Positions 39,990-53,514 of a stretch of DNA of 64,000 bases are shown piece by piece. The DNA is from Octopus sinensis (Eukaryota), in NCBI RefSeq assembly GCF_006345805.1, contig NC_043008.1, forward strand, positions 8,804,001-8,868,000, in the 5' to 3' direction. The notes below the pieces were generated by a model. That model was not told the DNA's origin, ran no database searches, and worked only from the letters and a program-made list of their open reading frames with translations. The position numbers and the translations under genes were made by a program. The stretch's first letter is position 1, and every line of letters begins with the position of its first letter.

Positions 39990-40160
39990 ATAATGAAAAT
40001 AACAATAAGAAGAAGAAGAAGGATGATGACGAGGAGGAGGAAGATGTGGAGGAGGAGGAAGAGGCAGAAGGGGAGGAGGAGGACGGCGGCGACGACGACG
40101 ACGACGATGATGATGATGATGTCGATGATGATGATAATGATGATGATAATGATGATGATA

Positions 40161-40202
<42 letters not shown>
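39990..40202. repeat. Compound trinucleotide repeat (GAA/GAG/GAC/GAT)
   Basis: Direct reading. Confidence 0.95.
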
Positions 40203-40204
<2 letters not shown>

Positions 40205-42338
40205 AATTTTTTTCTGTAGCACAAGGAAGGCCTAAAATTTCGCCAGACAGCTGGTCGCTTGAATCACCAAACTCCCTCGGATTTCATGAAATCCTTTAAA
40301 AGTGGGATTTAGACAAAAGTGAATAATAAAAAAGAGATTTAAACAAAAGTAAAGAAACAAATGAAATATGAATCCCAAAAGAAGGGCATATGCCGACTCC
40401 GGATTATCCCTACTTTCAAACGCTAGTGCCCTTTCAACATCTAATAATCAGGTCAGGAGATAATCCTCGTCATTTGCCGAAGAGAATAATATCGTTTATT
40501 CGAAGTAAGCCTTCTACGTTTTACTGTTTCGGATAACTGTGTGCGCATGATATGGCTACATATACATGAGTATTCAAGAAAAAGACAACAAATCATACAA
40601 GATTTGTGGCACGAAGTCTACTTCATCTACAAATGATTTGTATGTAACTGGTGAAATTGATGTAAACTTTTCTGGACAGCTGAGTTGATATGTTTCTTAT
40701 CATGAGTCCATTACTACGTAAAGTAATGTTCATCGTTTGACGATTCCATAAATATATAAAATATTGATATAACTTGTTGAACGTAAAATATAAATCGACG
40801 ATAAAATTGTGAAACATTTCATCATTTATTTCTCTCCAAGCAAATATTTACGATATAATTATGTTTAATCTCAATATATCAAAAATCATTTAGAAAACAA
40901 TTAAATGTATACTTTGAATTCAAACCTTTGACCAGGGTCAGAAGACGCAACAATATTATTTATGAGGCCATCTCCTGTGAGTACTAAATTATTGGGTTTC
41001 GATTTTACTTTGAAAAGCTTCTGTAAATACTCCGGCATCAACCATATTTATATAAATTGGATGTCATATAACAAGATAATTGACCTTCAACACTGTATTC
41101 AGCCGTCTTGATGAAGTACCTGGATGGCTTTTACTGGGAGAAAAACTATGACTGCCTCACAAAAAACACTAAACAAGCAATACTTGACGCATCAAATCCC
41201 ATTGAATGGTTTTAATTTGATTAACTGTGACGTGTCTGCCTAAATTCAACATCAATGGAGTAACACCAACATACAGTGGAAAGCTATCATCATTAAATAT
41301 ATTCAAAGAAATGTCTATCATCTCACCACAATAGATGACGAGTGTCGAGGCTGAAACAATGCACCACATTCTATCAAGATGTCCTATACTAACTACCCGT
41401 GACTGTTTGGAGGAACGGAAGACATAGCTCTCAAAATTCAGATCCAGCCCGAACGTGCGAGAACCAGTACAAAAGCTCTATAATAAGCAACCAAAGAGCA
41501 GGTGATGGTGCTGAACAGATCAATGGATTTTGTCTCCCAACCAAGAACACAAAACTAAATGAGCTGGAACAAATAACGCAATGTAACTTGCTTGAATCTC
41601 TGATATTTTTTCAATTCCTCTAGACTAGATGGTATTATATTATATCAACCAGGACAGGCTAAAAACAAAAAGCAAATTGGACATTGACAGTACTTAAACT
41701 CAGTTGAAATAAATACTGAAAGACAAAAGGTTTCTGTTATAATTATTGGTTTTATTGATTTTAATGTTAGTGATAATGATAATGTTGATGGAGGTAACGG
41801 AGACGGAGGTGTCGTTGTTCCTATAATCGCTGCTTTGACTGACAGAGCAATCACAAATGTTGTTCTCGTGTTCTTTTTTCTGTTATTAATATTGATTTTG
41901 TTTGTGATAGTATTCTCGTGATTGCTGGCACTGGTACTGGTGCTGAGCACCAGATCAATCTTCGTCTTGTAGATCTATGATCAAAGAGGTTTCTAGCCGT
42001 GACTGTGTCATCGATGCTACTGGTGTTAATCTCATGAATGATCTCAACACGATTTTGGTGCTGTCAGTGACAATGTTAGAGCCGGTGACCATTCAGATAT
42101 CCTTCGATCACTTCTCTTCACTTCTGTGCTGAAATAATATACTGGTTCTTGATGATATGGCACTCCCAGGTTCAGGTATTTAATTCATAGCTCGTCTCTT
42201 TGACGGATCTGCTGTCCTAGATCAGGCGAAAACCAAAACAAGTCGACTGGAAACTAGAATAGTTTTAAGCTCTTGTACGCATTAAAATTCGAAAATATCT
42301 CCCGGTGAAACTTCCAAGGAAGATATTTATGTATATAT

Positions 42339-42462
42339 AGGCGCAAGAGTGGCTGTATTGTAAGTAGCTTGGGCAAGTGTTTTCTAATATTGCCTCGTGC
42401 CGAACAAAGCCTTGTGAGAGTATTTGGTAAACGGAAACTGAAAGAAGCCCGTCGCATATAAT

Positions 42463-42524
<62 letters not shown>

Positions 42525-42723
42525 TGTGTGTGTTTGTGTCCCCCACCATCGCTTGACAACCGATGTTGGTGTATTTAGGTCCCCGTAACTTAGCGGTTCG
42601 AAAAAGACAACGATAGAATAAGTACTAGGCTTACAAAGAATAGGTCGTGGGGTCGATTTGTTCGACTAAAGGTGGTGCCTCAGCATGGCCGCAGAAATGG
42701 CTGAAAAAGCGTAAGGAATAAAA
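42339..42723 (+). mobile_element. SINE family A with a deletion in the head
   Basis: Homologous to 2982-3377; the tRNA B-box region is missing. Confidence 0.85.
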
Positions 42724-43478
42724 GGTATACATGCATACATATATGCATGTGTCTGTGTGTGAGCATATATACGTATATATGTGTTTGTGCATATATATAT
42801 TCATACGTACTTATCTATTTACATTTATATATATTCGTTCGATGATATGTCAATATTTCAACTGAATGTGAGTAGTTTCGTAATATATATCAGATACACA
42901 TCATCATGACCTTTGATTATACGATTAGTTTAATTCCTTGTTAGAAACATTAGTTTCTATCTTAACTTTACTGCATACTGGTAGGTGTATATATATATAC
43001 CTGTATATGTATGCATCTATTTATGCATTTATTCATGTATATATATACAACTTATAAATAAGGGCAAACGAAAACATTTCTAATGCCTAATATGCCGAAA
43101 TTGAACATATTGTCCATAACCATATAATTTTTCACAATACGCACGTTACTCGAAAAAAGCCGACAGAAATTTCTAAAAAATTCCATTATTACCATATCGG
43201 ACCAAATTCAGGGTTAGTTCCTAAGAACCCTCCCTTCGTCAGTGATAAATGTGGCAAAGAAATAAATGAGATACTTACTCAAACCCATGGAAGAAGCAAA
43301 ACAGTAAGTCATAAGCACAACTAAGTACCCCAAATACATCCAAAATAGATGGCCATTGATAAAATTTGTTTTTCGAAAAAAAACTTTTATCCTACATTAA
43401 ATATAAATATGATATATATGTGTGTGTGTGTGTGTGTGTGTCTGTGTGTGTTTGTTTGTGTGTGTGTGTGTGTGTGTT

Positions 43479-43531
<53 letters not shown>

Positions 43532-44261
43532 CTATATAAAAGTTTAAAAAAGCGCAAGACAGAAATAGGCGAAGGGAAAGTAATCAGGGTGCATTACTTT
43601 GACGCCCAGGAAAAATGGCAAAAATCTTTAACGTTTCGAGCCGAGACCCTTCTATAGGAGGAATGAGGAAGAAAACGAGATACAGAGAGGACAAAGATCA
43701 AGAGAACGGAAAAAGGAAAAAGAAAGAAAGTACAACTATATATATATATGATTTTTGTAATAAATAGTTGTCTGTTTGTGTGACTGTCATTGAATATCCA
43801 TAAATATCTGCTAAATAGTCATAGTACGGTGAAATAAAATATAGGAATGGTTTTTATGTTAATAAGTTATCTTCTCTGCATGCCTACCACACAGCAACCG
43901 AAAAGCCATCACTTATATTATGGAATCAGCAGAGAAGCATCACAAGTAATACTTATATTACCTGTGTAGAATCAATTTATCTTTTTTTCGTGCAGCGCTA
44001 ATATTTAATAATTTCTTATTAATACTTAAGTGGTCATTGATTGGCAAGGAAGTTCTGATATCGCACTGGTAATAATTTTGATTAAAATGTCAGCTCTACT
44101 CGTTTGGTGTATACTTAATCTCATATAGTGCAAAAGGATACCGAAGAAAATTGTTCTCTTTTGCCAACGATTGTTCTCTTGTTGTCACAAATATACATAC
44201 ACACACAAAGATACGTGGGAGACAAACAATCTGTGTTCATATATGTGTGTGTGTTATTCTT

Positions 44262-44652
44262 TTCTACTCTAGGATGTCAGTCGATTACATCGACCACAGT
44301 ACTCAACTGGTACATATCGATCCCGAAAGGAGGAAAGGCAAAGTCTACCACGGCGGAATTTGAAGTCCGAACGTAACGGCACACAAAATACCACTAAGCA
44401 TTTCACCCGGAGTGCTAACGTTTCTATTTCTTTGTTGCCCACATGATGCTAAACATAGAGAGGACAACGAAGGACAGACAAACAGATTAAGTCGATTACA
44501 TCGAACCCATGCGCAACTGGTACTTATTTTATCGACCCTGAAAGGATGAAAGACAAAGTCGACCACGGCGGAATTTGAACTCAGAACGTAGCGGCAGACG
44601 AAATGCGGCTAAGCATTTCGCCCGACGTGCTAACGTTTCTGCCAGCTCGCTG
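44262..44652 (-). mobile_element. SINE family B head-to-tail dimer
   Basis: Full copy 44422-44652 joined to a partial copy 44262-44420. Confidence 0.85.
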
Positions 44653-45169
44653 CCTTTGTGCGTGTGTGTTATTAATAAAGAAACATGACGTAGGGAGAGT
44701 GTGCAGCGGGTGCATTTTTGAACAAGAGTATCACATATTAACACTGTTCCTTCTACTTCTGTTTCATGTGAAAAGCACCCGAATGACAAAGACAATAAGA
44801 GGACAGAGAGTAACCGGTTTAATAAGTTTTATATAAAGCACACAGACACACACACGTTTATATTTACACATACACACTGCACCTGTGTATGTGTGTGCGT
44901 GTGTCTGTGAGAGAGAGAGAGGGAGAGAGAGAGTCTGCTTACGGTTTCTATCGATTACTCTACACTCCTTCCCTCTTAATAGGTCATATTGAGACGAAGC
45001 TAAAAATAATTCTATAAATCTTAAATCTCCAGATTTTAGATTTTCAACACCATTACAATTGTTTCATGTTACAAACTATATCTTATTATAAGATATCACA
45101 AAATTACTTAGAGTTGTTGAAGACCAAATGGAGAAACCCTAAATTCTGATCATATTTATATATTTATGT

Positions 45170-45559
45170 GTGGAGGCACAATGGCCCAGTGGTTAGGGCA
45201 GCGGACTCGAAGTCGTTGGATCGCGGTTTCGATTCCCAGACCGGGCGTTGTGAGTGTTTATTGAGCGAAAACACCTAAAGCTCCACGAGCCTCCGGCAGG
45301 GGATGGTGGTGATCCCTGCTGTACTCTTTCACCACAACTTTCTCTCACTCTTACTTCCTGTTTCTGTTGTACCTGTATTTCAAAGGGCCGGCCTTGTCAC
45401 TCTCTGTGTCACGCTGAATATCCCCGAGAACTACGTTAAGGGTACACGTGTCTGTGGAGTGCTCAGCCACTTACACGTTAATTTCACGAGCAGGCTGTTC
45501 CGTTGATTCGGATCAACCGGAACCCTCGTCGTCGTAACCGACGGAGTGCTTCCCCATCC
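45170..45559 (+). mobile_element. SINE family C, full length
   Basis: Pol III A/B-box-like head; 12-bp TSD atatatttatgt (45158-45169, 45560-45571). Confidence 0.95.
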
Positions 45560-45755
45560 ATATATTTATGTCATTGTCGTACAAGACAGTATTATTCCCA
45601 ATCACATTACCAACAACAAATACAGTAACAGGTGGGACTTATTTAATCCGAAGCAGAGATGTTGGCTTTCCGCTGGCACTTTGTTCAACAGGTCTGAGAA
45701 TGCGATGGACATTAAGATGCAGCAGACAAATAATGGGATCCACGGAGAGGTTACT

Positions 45756-45972
45756 GATAATTTCCTGTACACACTCTACAGCTCTGCTCAGTTCAGGGTT
45801 TAAGAGTTTTGCCAGATACGAACAACGATATTGGCGTTTAGGGACCCTAACAAATTGAGTCAGGACAGATTCCCTCTCATGATGTTCATTGTGGAGATGA
45901 ATCACAAACGTGGCTTTGATGGGATTATGATCAATTTGGATCAATCGAAGGCTTTCAGTTGGATCACCCATT
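45756..45972 (+). mobile_element. L1/Tx1-type reverse transcriptase fragment, degenerate
   Basis: Plus frame ...GFDGIMINLDQSKAFSWITH resembles the xLDxxKAFDxVxH RT motif. Confidence 0.65.
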
Positions 45973-46222
45973 GATAATTTGAGGTTGGTTTGAATAAGAC
46001 AGATATCAAATCAAAATGATTTTCAAAGTTTGGGTCGTTTTAATACACGCCATGTCTAGGAATTGCTTAAAATAATATTCCTTAACTCTGGAAGCTGGAA
46101 GCCACCTTCTTTGAACTTGTTTGCGAAAGATTGGTGTCGAAGTATGCAGAAGTTGTCACCGTAATACTGTCTAAAAGTGCAGATATCGTTTTTAAGGAAT
46201 ACAAGGCAGTGACAGGAACATT

Positions 46223-46495
46223 GTGGAGGCGCGTGGCTTTGTGGTTAGGGTGTCAGCATCATAATCATAAGATTGTGGTTTCGATTCCTGTACTGGGCGG
46301 CGCGTTGGGTTCTTGAGCAAAACACTTCATTTCACGTTGCTCCAGTTCACTCAGCTGGCAAAAATTAGTAACGCTGCGATGGACTGGGAAACCGGACCCA
46401 TGAGCCTGGCTAGGCTTTAAAAGGGGCGAGAAGAGAAGACAGGAACATCTATGTAACCCAATTAAGCCAAACACGACCATGCTGTCCGGCATTAC
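46223..46495 (+). mobile_element. SINE family D
   Basis: tRNA-like head (gtggttagg...ggtttcgattcc) and cttgagcaaaacactt...cactcagctgg core; related copy at 63220-63458. Confidence 0.75.
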
Positions 46496-47189
46496 TACAA
46501 TTTGTTTTTATTCATGTATTCTTCCACATCTATAAAACACGTCAATTCGTTTTAAGTTTGTTTGATTTTTATTTCCAATCTTGTGAGATATTTTTGGTCA
46601 AATTACTCACCACTTATTTATCGTTCAATCATAACTCTTCCAGCTTCTTAATCCCATGCAAAGCTAATTATCCCAACTTTCTTTAGCTACCATCTTGTAG
46701 AATTTTTTCTCGCTCTATAAACACGCACAAATTGTAATGTTCCTTTCATTTTCTTATATTTATTCTTTTTACGAAAGTATATAAGACTTAATATCGCTTC
46801 AGGGTTTTATGACTTAATAGAGCTTAATTACTCTTTGCATTTTTACCATTATTAACCTTCACCCGTTTATCTTCGTTTAAGATTCCCCCACTATATTGCA
46901 TATAGATATGGCTAATGTGTTAACGGTTAGAATATTACTTTTGCCATTTATCTTAGATAAGCGATATGTATTCCTAAAAAGATGCTTCCTAAAACGATGA
47001 CTCCTAATAGTTTATTTATCGCATCCAACTCTATTATACGGAAATATTTATAGTCATGGTTATGTTTCTATTCTTGTCTGTTGTTTTCCGTTTCTTTCAC
47101 TAGTATTGTATCTTCCCTTGTTAAAACTTTGCTCTTTTTAATCATAAATTTCATTCCATCTTCTTTAAATCTAAAAACAGTTTTTTTTT

Positions 47190-47232
47190 AATATTATTAT
47201 TATGATTATTATCATTATTATTATTATTATTA

Positions 47233-47274
<42 letters not shown>

Positions 47275-47325
47275 TATTATTATTATTATTATTATTATTA
47301 TCAGTATTATTATTATTATTATTAC
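47190..47325. repeat. (ATT)n microsatellite
   Basis: Direct reading. Confidence 0.95.
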
Positions 47326-48055
47326 AAAATCTATTTGAAATTAAGCTTCCATCCATCGATAAATAGAATGTGCGTTAAACTGCCTGTGGTCTATAAGTAA
47401 ATAACTCCTCGCTATATATATATATATATTGTAGTAGCGTTGAATACATCATGCGTATCATAAACAACTGCAACAAAGAGATCAAGCTGAAATATTTCTC
47501 TATTGATCTAAACGCTTCCCCCAGACTGGCTTCATTTTGTTTTTCCTTCGTTCATTCATCCACTTTTACAATCACTTTATATTCTCTCAGCTTGCCTTGC
47601 CTCCTCTTACCATTTTATTACTACGGATAATCTCCATTTTCGTAAGCGACCTTTGCCATTTCGAAATATGTGTGTCACTTCCTGGATAACTAGAGTATTA
47701 TTTAGCTCCCAATAATTGATTCTCGGCTCTACACATCGGTTTTCATTCAAATGCTAATATATATATATATGGGTTATCTGCATACCCGTCAATACTGGCA
47801 GCTCTTATATACCCGTTAATGCTATTAACTCTTATACCCCCCCCTATACTATTAACTCTTACACCTGTCAATAACGTCTACATTATTCGAAATTTATTAT
47901 TAACGTTGTTCAGATGCTTGGATTGGCAGAATCGATAGATCGTTAAAAAATAAGTAAGCCTGCAGGATTACTGCCAGTATTTTTTTTTTGTGTGTGTATA
48001 TGTGTAATTGTGCGAGTGTAAGCGTGTGTGTATGTATGTGTGTGTGTGTGTGTGT

Positions 48056-48094
<39 letters not shown>

Positions 48095-48493
48095 ACGTTT
48101 AAGTTCAGACCCGTCGAGGTCATCCTTACCTTTCATCCTTTCAGCGTCGATAACATGACGTACCAGTTAAATACTTCTGCTGTTGGTTCGGTTAAACGCC
48201 TACTTTCAGAACGACTAGTCTTTTACCTATATCAGAAACCATTAAAATGGCGAGCTGGTCGAACGATTAGAGCTTTTGAAGTAATGTTTTGCCTTAAAAG
48301 GATCAACCTCATTATGTCATGAGTTCAAATGTTGCCACGGTCAACTTCACTTTCCATCCTTCCCGGATCAATAAAATAAAATACCAGTCGGATAATGAGG
48401 TCGATATAGCCGACTAACCCAGAAATATTCAGTCCTTGTACATATATGAGAAAGGATATTATTATCATTATTATCATTATTATTATTATTATT

Positions 48494-48844
48494 CAGTAGT
48501 TTTATTTTTATAGCGTGCTTTCACTTCACTACCGAGCGCAGCTCTGTGTGCCTTGGGTATGTGCTGTGATTTGTTGTGATGCTCTGATGGTTATTGTATG
48601 GAAAGTGCTCTGCGTAGGATGTGTGCAGTGCCTAGTAGTACAATTTTCTGTATGTTATATGTGTTTGTAAGTTCTGGTGTTTTTGTTATGTATTTGTCTG
48701 AATATTTTTTTATCATGCCTAATGCACCTACTATGATAGGAATTGTTTCTGTTTTTAGATTCCACATTCTGGTTACCTCTATTTCCAGGTCTTTGTATTT
48801 TGAGAGTTTCTCCATTTCTTTTAGAGACACGTTGTCATCTGCCG

Positions 48845-48846
<2 letters not shown>
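48494..48846 (-). mobile_element. R4/Dong-like non-LTR retrotransposon, 5'-truncated 3' end
   Basis: Open frame IPADDNVSLKEMEKLSKYKDLEIEVTRMW...IIVGALG...IQKIVLLGTAHILRRALSIQ* (restriction-like endonuclease C-terminus); (TAA)n-type tracts at both ends. Confidence 0.85.
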
Positions 48847-48910
<64 letters not shown>

Positions 48911-48911
<1 letters not shown>

Positions 48912-49455
48912 ATGAAAGCTCACATCTTATCATCTTATATTGCTGGGTTTGATGGAAAGTGTTAGTTGTCCACACCCAGCAGACTAAGGTGGCAATTGTT
49001 TCCTGGTCATACTTCAAGAGTCCTGCGAAGAATTATTGCAGTTCCAAACAATGCTGATTTTTGTAACATGTCCCAGAGTAGTGTCCTGGCCACCATAGTC
49101 CTATCTGAATCTATATTCCGTCTGTGCCAAAAGACTACAGGATCTTATGTACATAATAGTTCCTTCTTTCTCATTATTTACTCAGCACTTTTGGCGCATT
49201 TGTCTATTTTGGTCTTAATGATATTCGGTTGCAATGACTGGCTTTGGGCAGCAATTAGGAATCCTGCTTCGTTCTTATGGTTCCATTCTCAAGCCATAAC
49301 CAATATTCCTCTGTTGCGACGTTCTGCCTTTTTCTGAGGTGTTGGCTGTGTTGTTCTGTCCACCAGATTTTTCGCTCATAGTGAGGGATATGACGATGAG
49401 GTGACACAAACACTGGACATGATAGAAAATGTCTAAGGTCATTTCTGCATCCGGC
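48911..49455 (-). mobile_element. Older, internally deleted R4/Dong-like 3' fragment
   Basis: Broken frames include AGFLIAAQSQSL (cf. EGLIxAAQDQAL) and LQKSALFGTAIILRRTLEV*; followed by a (TAA)n tail at 48847-48910. Confidence 0.7.
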
Positions 49456-50070
49456 AAAGGACTAATTATTAAAAGCAAGACAATGACATTTTTTTTCAGA
49501 AATATTCCCCAGGGTAATCAATAAAATATTAAAAGCAGCTGACCAGATCTTTTACTTAGGGGCAGACAGTACAATTGAGTTTATTCAGAGAAAAAGCTGT
49601 AAGGAAAAATCGTGATCTGATAGAAATCAACATGTCAATTTTAGTCTAAATCAAATGAAGAGGAAAATTCAACAGAAATTTTGTTCAAAATTGTTCCCTT
49701 GTGTTTCTATTTGCTTGTGGATGTCGGCGATGCCGGCGATGGTGGTGGTGGTGGTAGTGGCGGTGGTGGTGATGGTGGCGGTGGCTCTGTTATGAGCTGT
49801 ATTGTTTCTTTTAGCGTTCTTAATATCTTATTATTTCCGTTCTTCTGGCTGTTTCCTGTAGCCACGATAGCTCTGTTGCCGTTGTTGTTCTTCTTTCTCT
49901 GATCATTACTGCTACTGCCATTGTTTTTTGTCGTCCTGTGACTGGCCTCTGAAGCCACGGTGGCTCAGCTGTTGTCATTGTTGTTTAGAGTTGTTACTGT
50001 TGCTGTCCTTGTCTTTGTGTTCGATACTTTCTGTAGCCATAGAAAATGGACTGCTAGTTTGGTTTGTTGT

Positions 50071-50408
50071 GTCTGGAATATAGAGAGCTAACTTGACCGA
50101 CCAGTAATATTTTCGAATACAGTGAGATACTTCAGAACCTCCCATTCCTGCAACTCCCCAGCTACATTATTTTAATGAGCTTACAAGCAGTCGGATGGTC
50201 TACCAGAATCCTGGATCTAGAGTAAAAACGAAAAAAGTACAGGTAAAGTCTGGGATATAGAGAGCTAATTTGACTGACGAGTCATATTTGTGAACGCAGT
50301 GAGATAACTCAGTAAACCCAATTTCTGGAACTCGGCATCTACATTATTTTAATGAGCTTACAAGCAGTTTGATTGGTCTACCAAAATTCTGGATCTAAGG
50401 TAAAAGCG
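50071..50408. repeat. Diverged tandem dimer of a 177-bp unit
   Basis: gtctgg[a/g]atatagagagctaa at 50071 and 50248; shared ctacattattttaatgagcttacaagcagt. Confidence 0.85.
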
Positions 50409-51561
50409 TGAAGAGGACCGGGAAAGTGTTCCGAAAAAGTGGTGCAACAGAACAGGAACATTATATAGATATAAGGAAAAGAAAAATGGAGACAGAGATA
50501 GGTAATATGTTGATATATATAGCAATATTCGTTATAGCGAAACGGCTTATGATTGCACTATTCTTTGGTCAGCGAACAGGTGGAAATTGAACGGGTCAGA
50601 GAGAGAGAGACAGAGAGAGACAGAGGAAGGGAGGGATATAGGTACTAAGGTAAATAAAGGCATTAAAAGAAGCAGCGCGCATGTGTAGAGAGTGGGGGAA
50701 AAGATAGAGAGAGATAGAAAGAGTGGGGGAAAGTTAAAGCCAGCATAGTCTGTTTTTACAAAACAAAAAATATGTTTCAGAAAAGTGTTGCAGATTTACA
50801 GGATGGAGACATTAAGTAAATATAGAGAAAAGAAAAACAGAGATAGGAATAGCTAATATTTATATATATTTAGCAATGTTTGGAAAAGCAATACGGCTTA
50901 CAATCATATCATTCATTGGTGAGCAAACAAGTGAAAATTCAGCGGGTCAGAGAGAGAGAGGTGGGAAGAGGTACTATTATTCTTTGGTCGTCGAACAAAT
51001 GAAGGGAGCTAATTCTCTCCCTCTCATGGCTTCTGATTTTAACTGGCTGAACATGTTATCCTGTACATGTTTTGTCTTTGTGTAAAACTTGGGCTACAGC
51101 AAATACATTTACTAAGAAGGGTTCAGTATGGTTTTCCAAGTCCTTACGACCCCTGAAAGTACGAAGTCCTTCGAGTCGTCTACTCTGTCATGGATAAAGA
51201 AACTAAAGCGATTACACTGGTGAGATAAGGCAAAGGCCCTTATTCCTTAACCTATATTCCTTAACCTTATTCCTATTCCAAAGGCCCTTATTCCTTAACA
51301 TCAACAGATATTGGTAAGAATATCGACCATTTGTTTCTCATAACCTAAGCTGAGTGGTATCGATATAAAGTGGTAGGAAGGTAACCTGAAACAACACACT
51401 ACTGTACGGTTAAATGAAATGTGTATAAACATCATGTTCCCAATCACTCCTGATAACATGAGCCCTACCCAGATTCCCTATCCCAACTAACTGACGGAGA
51501 TCAAACTAGAAATGCAGGCAGAAGGTCCAGTTGATGCTTAAATATATACAATTAGATTTCA

Positions 51562-51792
51562 GGGCGGCGAACTGGCAGAAACATTAGCAAGTCAGGCGAA
51601 ATGCTTAGCGGTATTTCGTCTGCCGTTACGTTCTGAGTTCAAATTCCGCCGAGGTCGACTTTGCCTTTCATCCTTTCGGGGTCGATAAATAAAGTACCAG
51701 TTTTGCCCTGGGGTCGATGTAATCGACTTACTCCCTTTGTCTGTCCTTGTTTGTCCTCTCTATGTTTAGCCCCATGTGAGTAGTAAAAAAAA
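51562..51792 (+). mobile_element. SINE family B, full length
   Basis: Homologous to 25370-25601. Confidence 0.9.
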
Positions 51793-53385
51793 CATATAAA
51801 CAATTAGACTTATAAAAAAATAAAAGACATTTATTTTCAGATATATTGGGGAGGATTTATAGAGAATAAACTCAGCCTCACCGCATTAATCACCGCTTCA
51901 TTCAACTATGATGTAATGTCATATCGTAGTTTAGTTCTTGCTATCTAGTTTCCGATATGAAGACGTATTTCTGCTTATGAATAATGACAAATAATGAATT
52001 TTAGATGCATACTAAATTCTACAAAGCTTACATCTTTTACTATGATATTGATTAAAACTTACTATAAAGTTTTAATAATGCTTTTGTTGTGATTCATGAG
52101 AATCTTTTGTATAACTTATAGCAAGTTTTATTCAATTCATGTTATTTGAAAGGAAGTATGTATAAAGAAAGTTACACTTGAAGACACCTTAATGCACATT
52201 TACTATTGAAATGTTGCACGTATCTAGGTTTTAAGGCGTGTTGTAAGAGAGGAGAAAACTTTAGATGAAGATCATCGCGAAATTTTATTCTTGATTTGAT
52301 TTCATAACCCAGCAATTCATAAACGTTAAGTATAAATTTATTCAGTGTTTATATCAAAGCAGGTCCCAAGAACCTCGCTTTTCTTAGAGCACCTTTGGTT
52401 ACAGATTTGAGCACAGCAAGAACAAAAACAGATGCGGTGTCCTCAAATTATTTGGCTCCGGCCCTAGAATCGATGTTTGGGAGATAGCAGTGTGTTCTTT
52501 AAAACACAAAACTGCCCAGAAACGACAATCATTATTTCCCACCGATTCTTTGTTGGTCACTTTATAAGAAGTAGCGACTAAAGAAATGCTTGAATCTGGA
52601 ATATAAGAAATAACGGGCATAAATGAGACACCAAGGGAAAAGTTAAAAAAGGAAGGTGGGAGACCCCCAAGAAGAGTCTAAGGGGGCTGCTAAAGAAGTA
52701 GAAAGAAGGGTGGAGAAATGGTTTGCTCTTGCGGAAAAACGTAACAAATCCCAAAAAGCACACAAAAAGACCCCAAAGCTTGGTTGTCTTTCTTTACATT
52801 TTAGAGGACCATATTGTCTTGTTGCCGATTTTCTTTTATCGATGGAACCCATGCTGATACATGGCGTCCGGAATATTATCAAACACTCAATGTTATCTTT
52901 CATCAAAAGAATTGGTAGTCTGTCAACACTTGAATGTTAAAGGGAACAAGTGCTGCATGTGAGCGACGTGTTGCTGTGTTTGCTAGGCATCGACCAGGAC
53001 CAAATGAATGGATGCTTCTGAAAAACTTCAACCGAGAGGATATGAACCACTTCTCAAAATCCATTGCCTGGTCTTGCTACTATGGTTTTCAAGATCAACT
53101 CTGATATGCATACAGCACCATTAAATCGTTTTATGCTCACTCTTTCAGTATTTCAATCTTTTTGACTTATTTGTGCAATATGCATCTGATTTGTCTGGTG
53201 ATGTTGAATCATCAAGTCGACTTATTTTGATGTTGAATGTTAGACTGTTTATCCTTGTCTGGTGGATATAATGAAATATACTGTATAGTAGACAAGATTT
53301 TAAGCATTAAAGACGAGCATTTTCCTGCTTGGTCAAACCCTTTTTAACTGCATGGTATTTTTTTCAGTAACTTTGCTGAAAGAGA

Positions 53386-53514
53386 CGAGGGGTGTACGAA
53401 AGGTTTTGAGCATTCAAGGCCTTTGAGCCTTGAAGTCTTGTACCTTCATCAGAAGTTTTGTACTATGTTTCTTTTTTTTTTTTTTGAGGCTCAAGACTTT
53501 TCATACACCCCTCG
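53386..53514. mobile_element. Mariner-derived MITE (~130 bp)
   Basis: Imperfect ~30-bp TIRs cgaggggtgtacgaaagg / cttttcatacacccctcg followed by TA. Confidence 0.8.

Noticed and set aside
39950-40235. Poly-Ser, poly-Met and poly-Ile ORFs
   Set aside because: Trinucleotide repeat with no flanking coding context or splice structure.
41169-41369. 66-aa minus-strand ORF as a host exon
   Set aside because: No convincing splice donor, no recognisable homology and no partner exons.
45170-45250. tRNA genes at SINE heads (also 10892, 12081, 46223)
   Set aside because: No closed cloverleaf acceptor stem; each continues into a SINE body, some with TSDs.
52399-52940. Cluster of overlapping 60-95-aa ORFs
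   Set aside because: No motif or consistent frame; compatible with chance or decayed repeat sequence.
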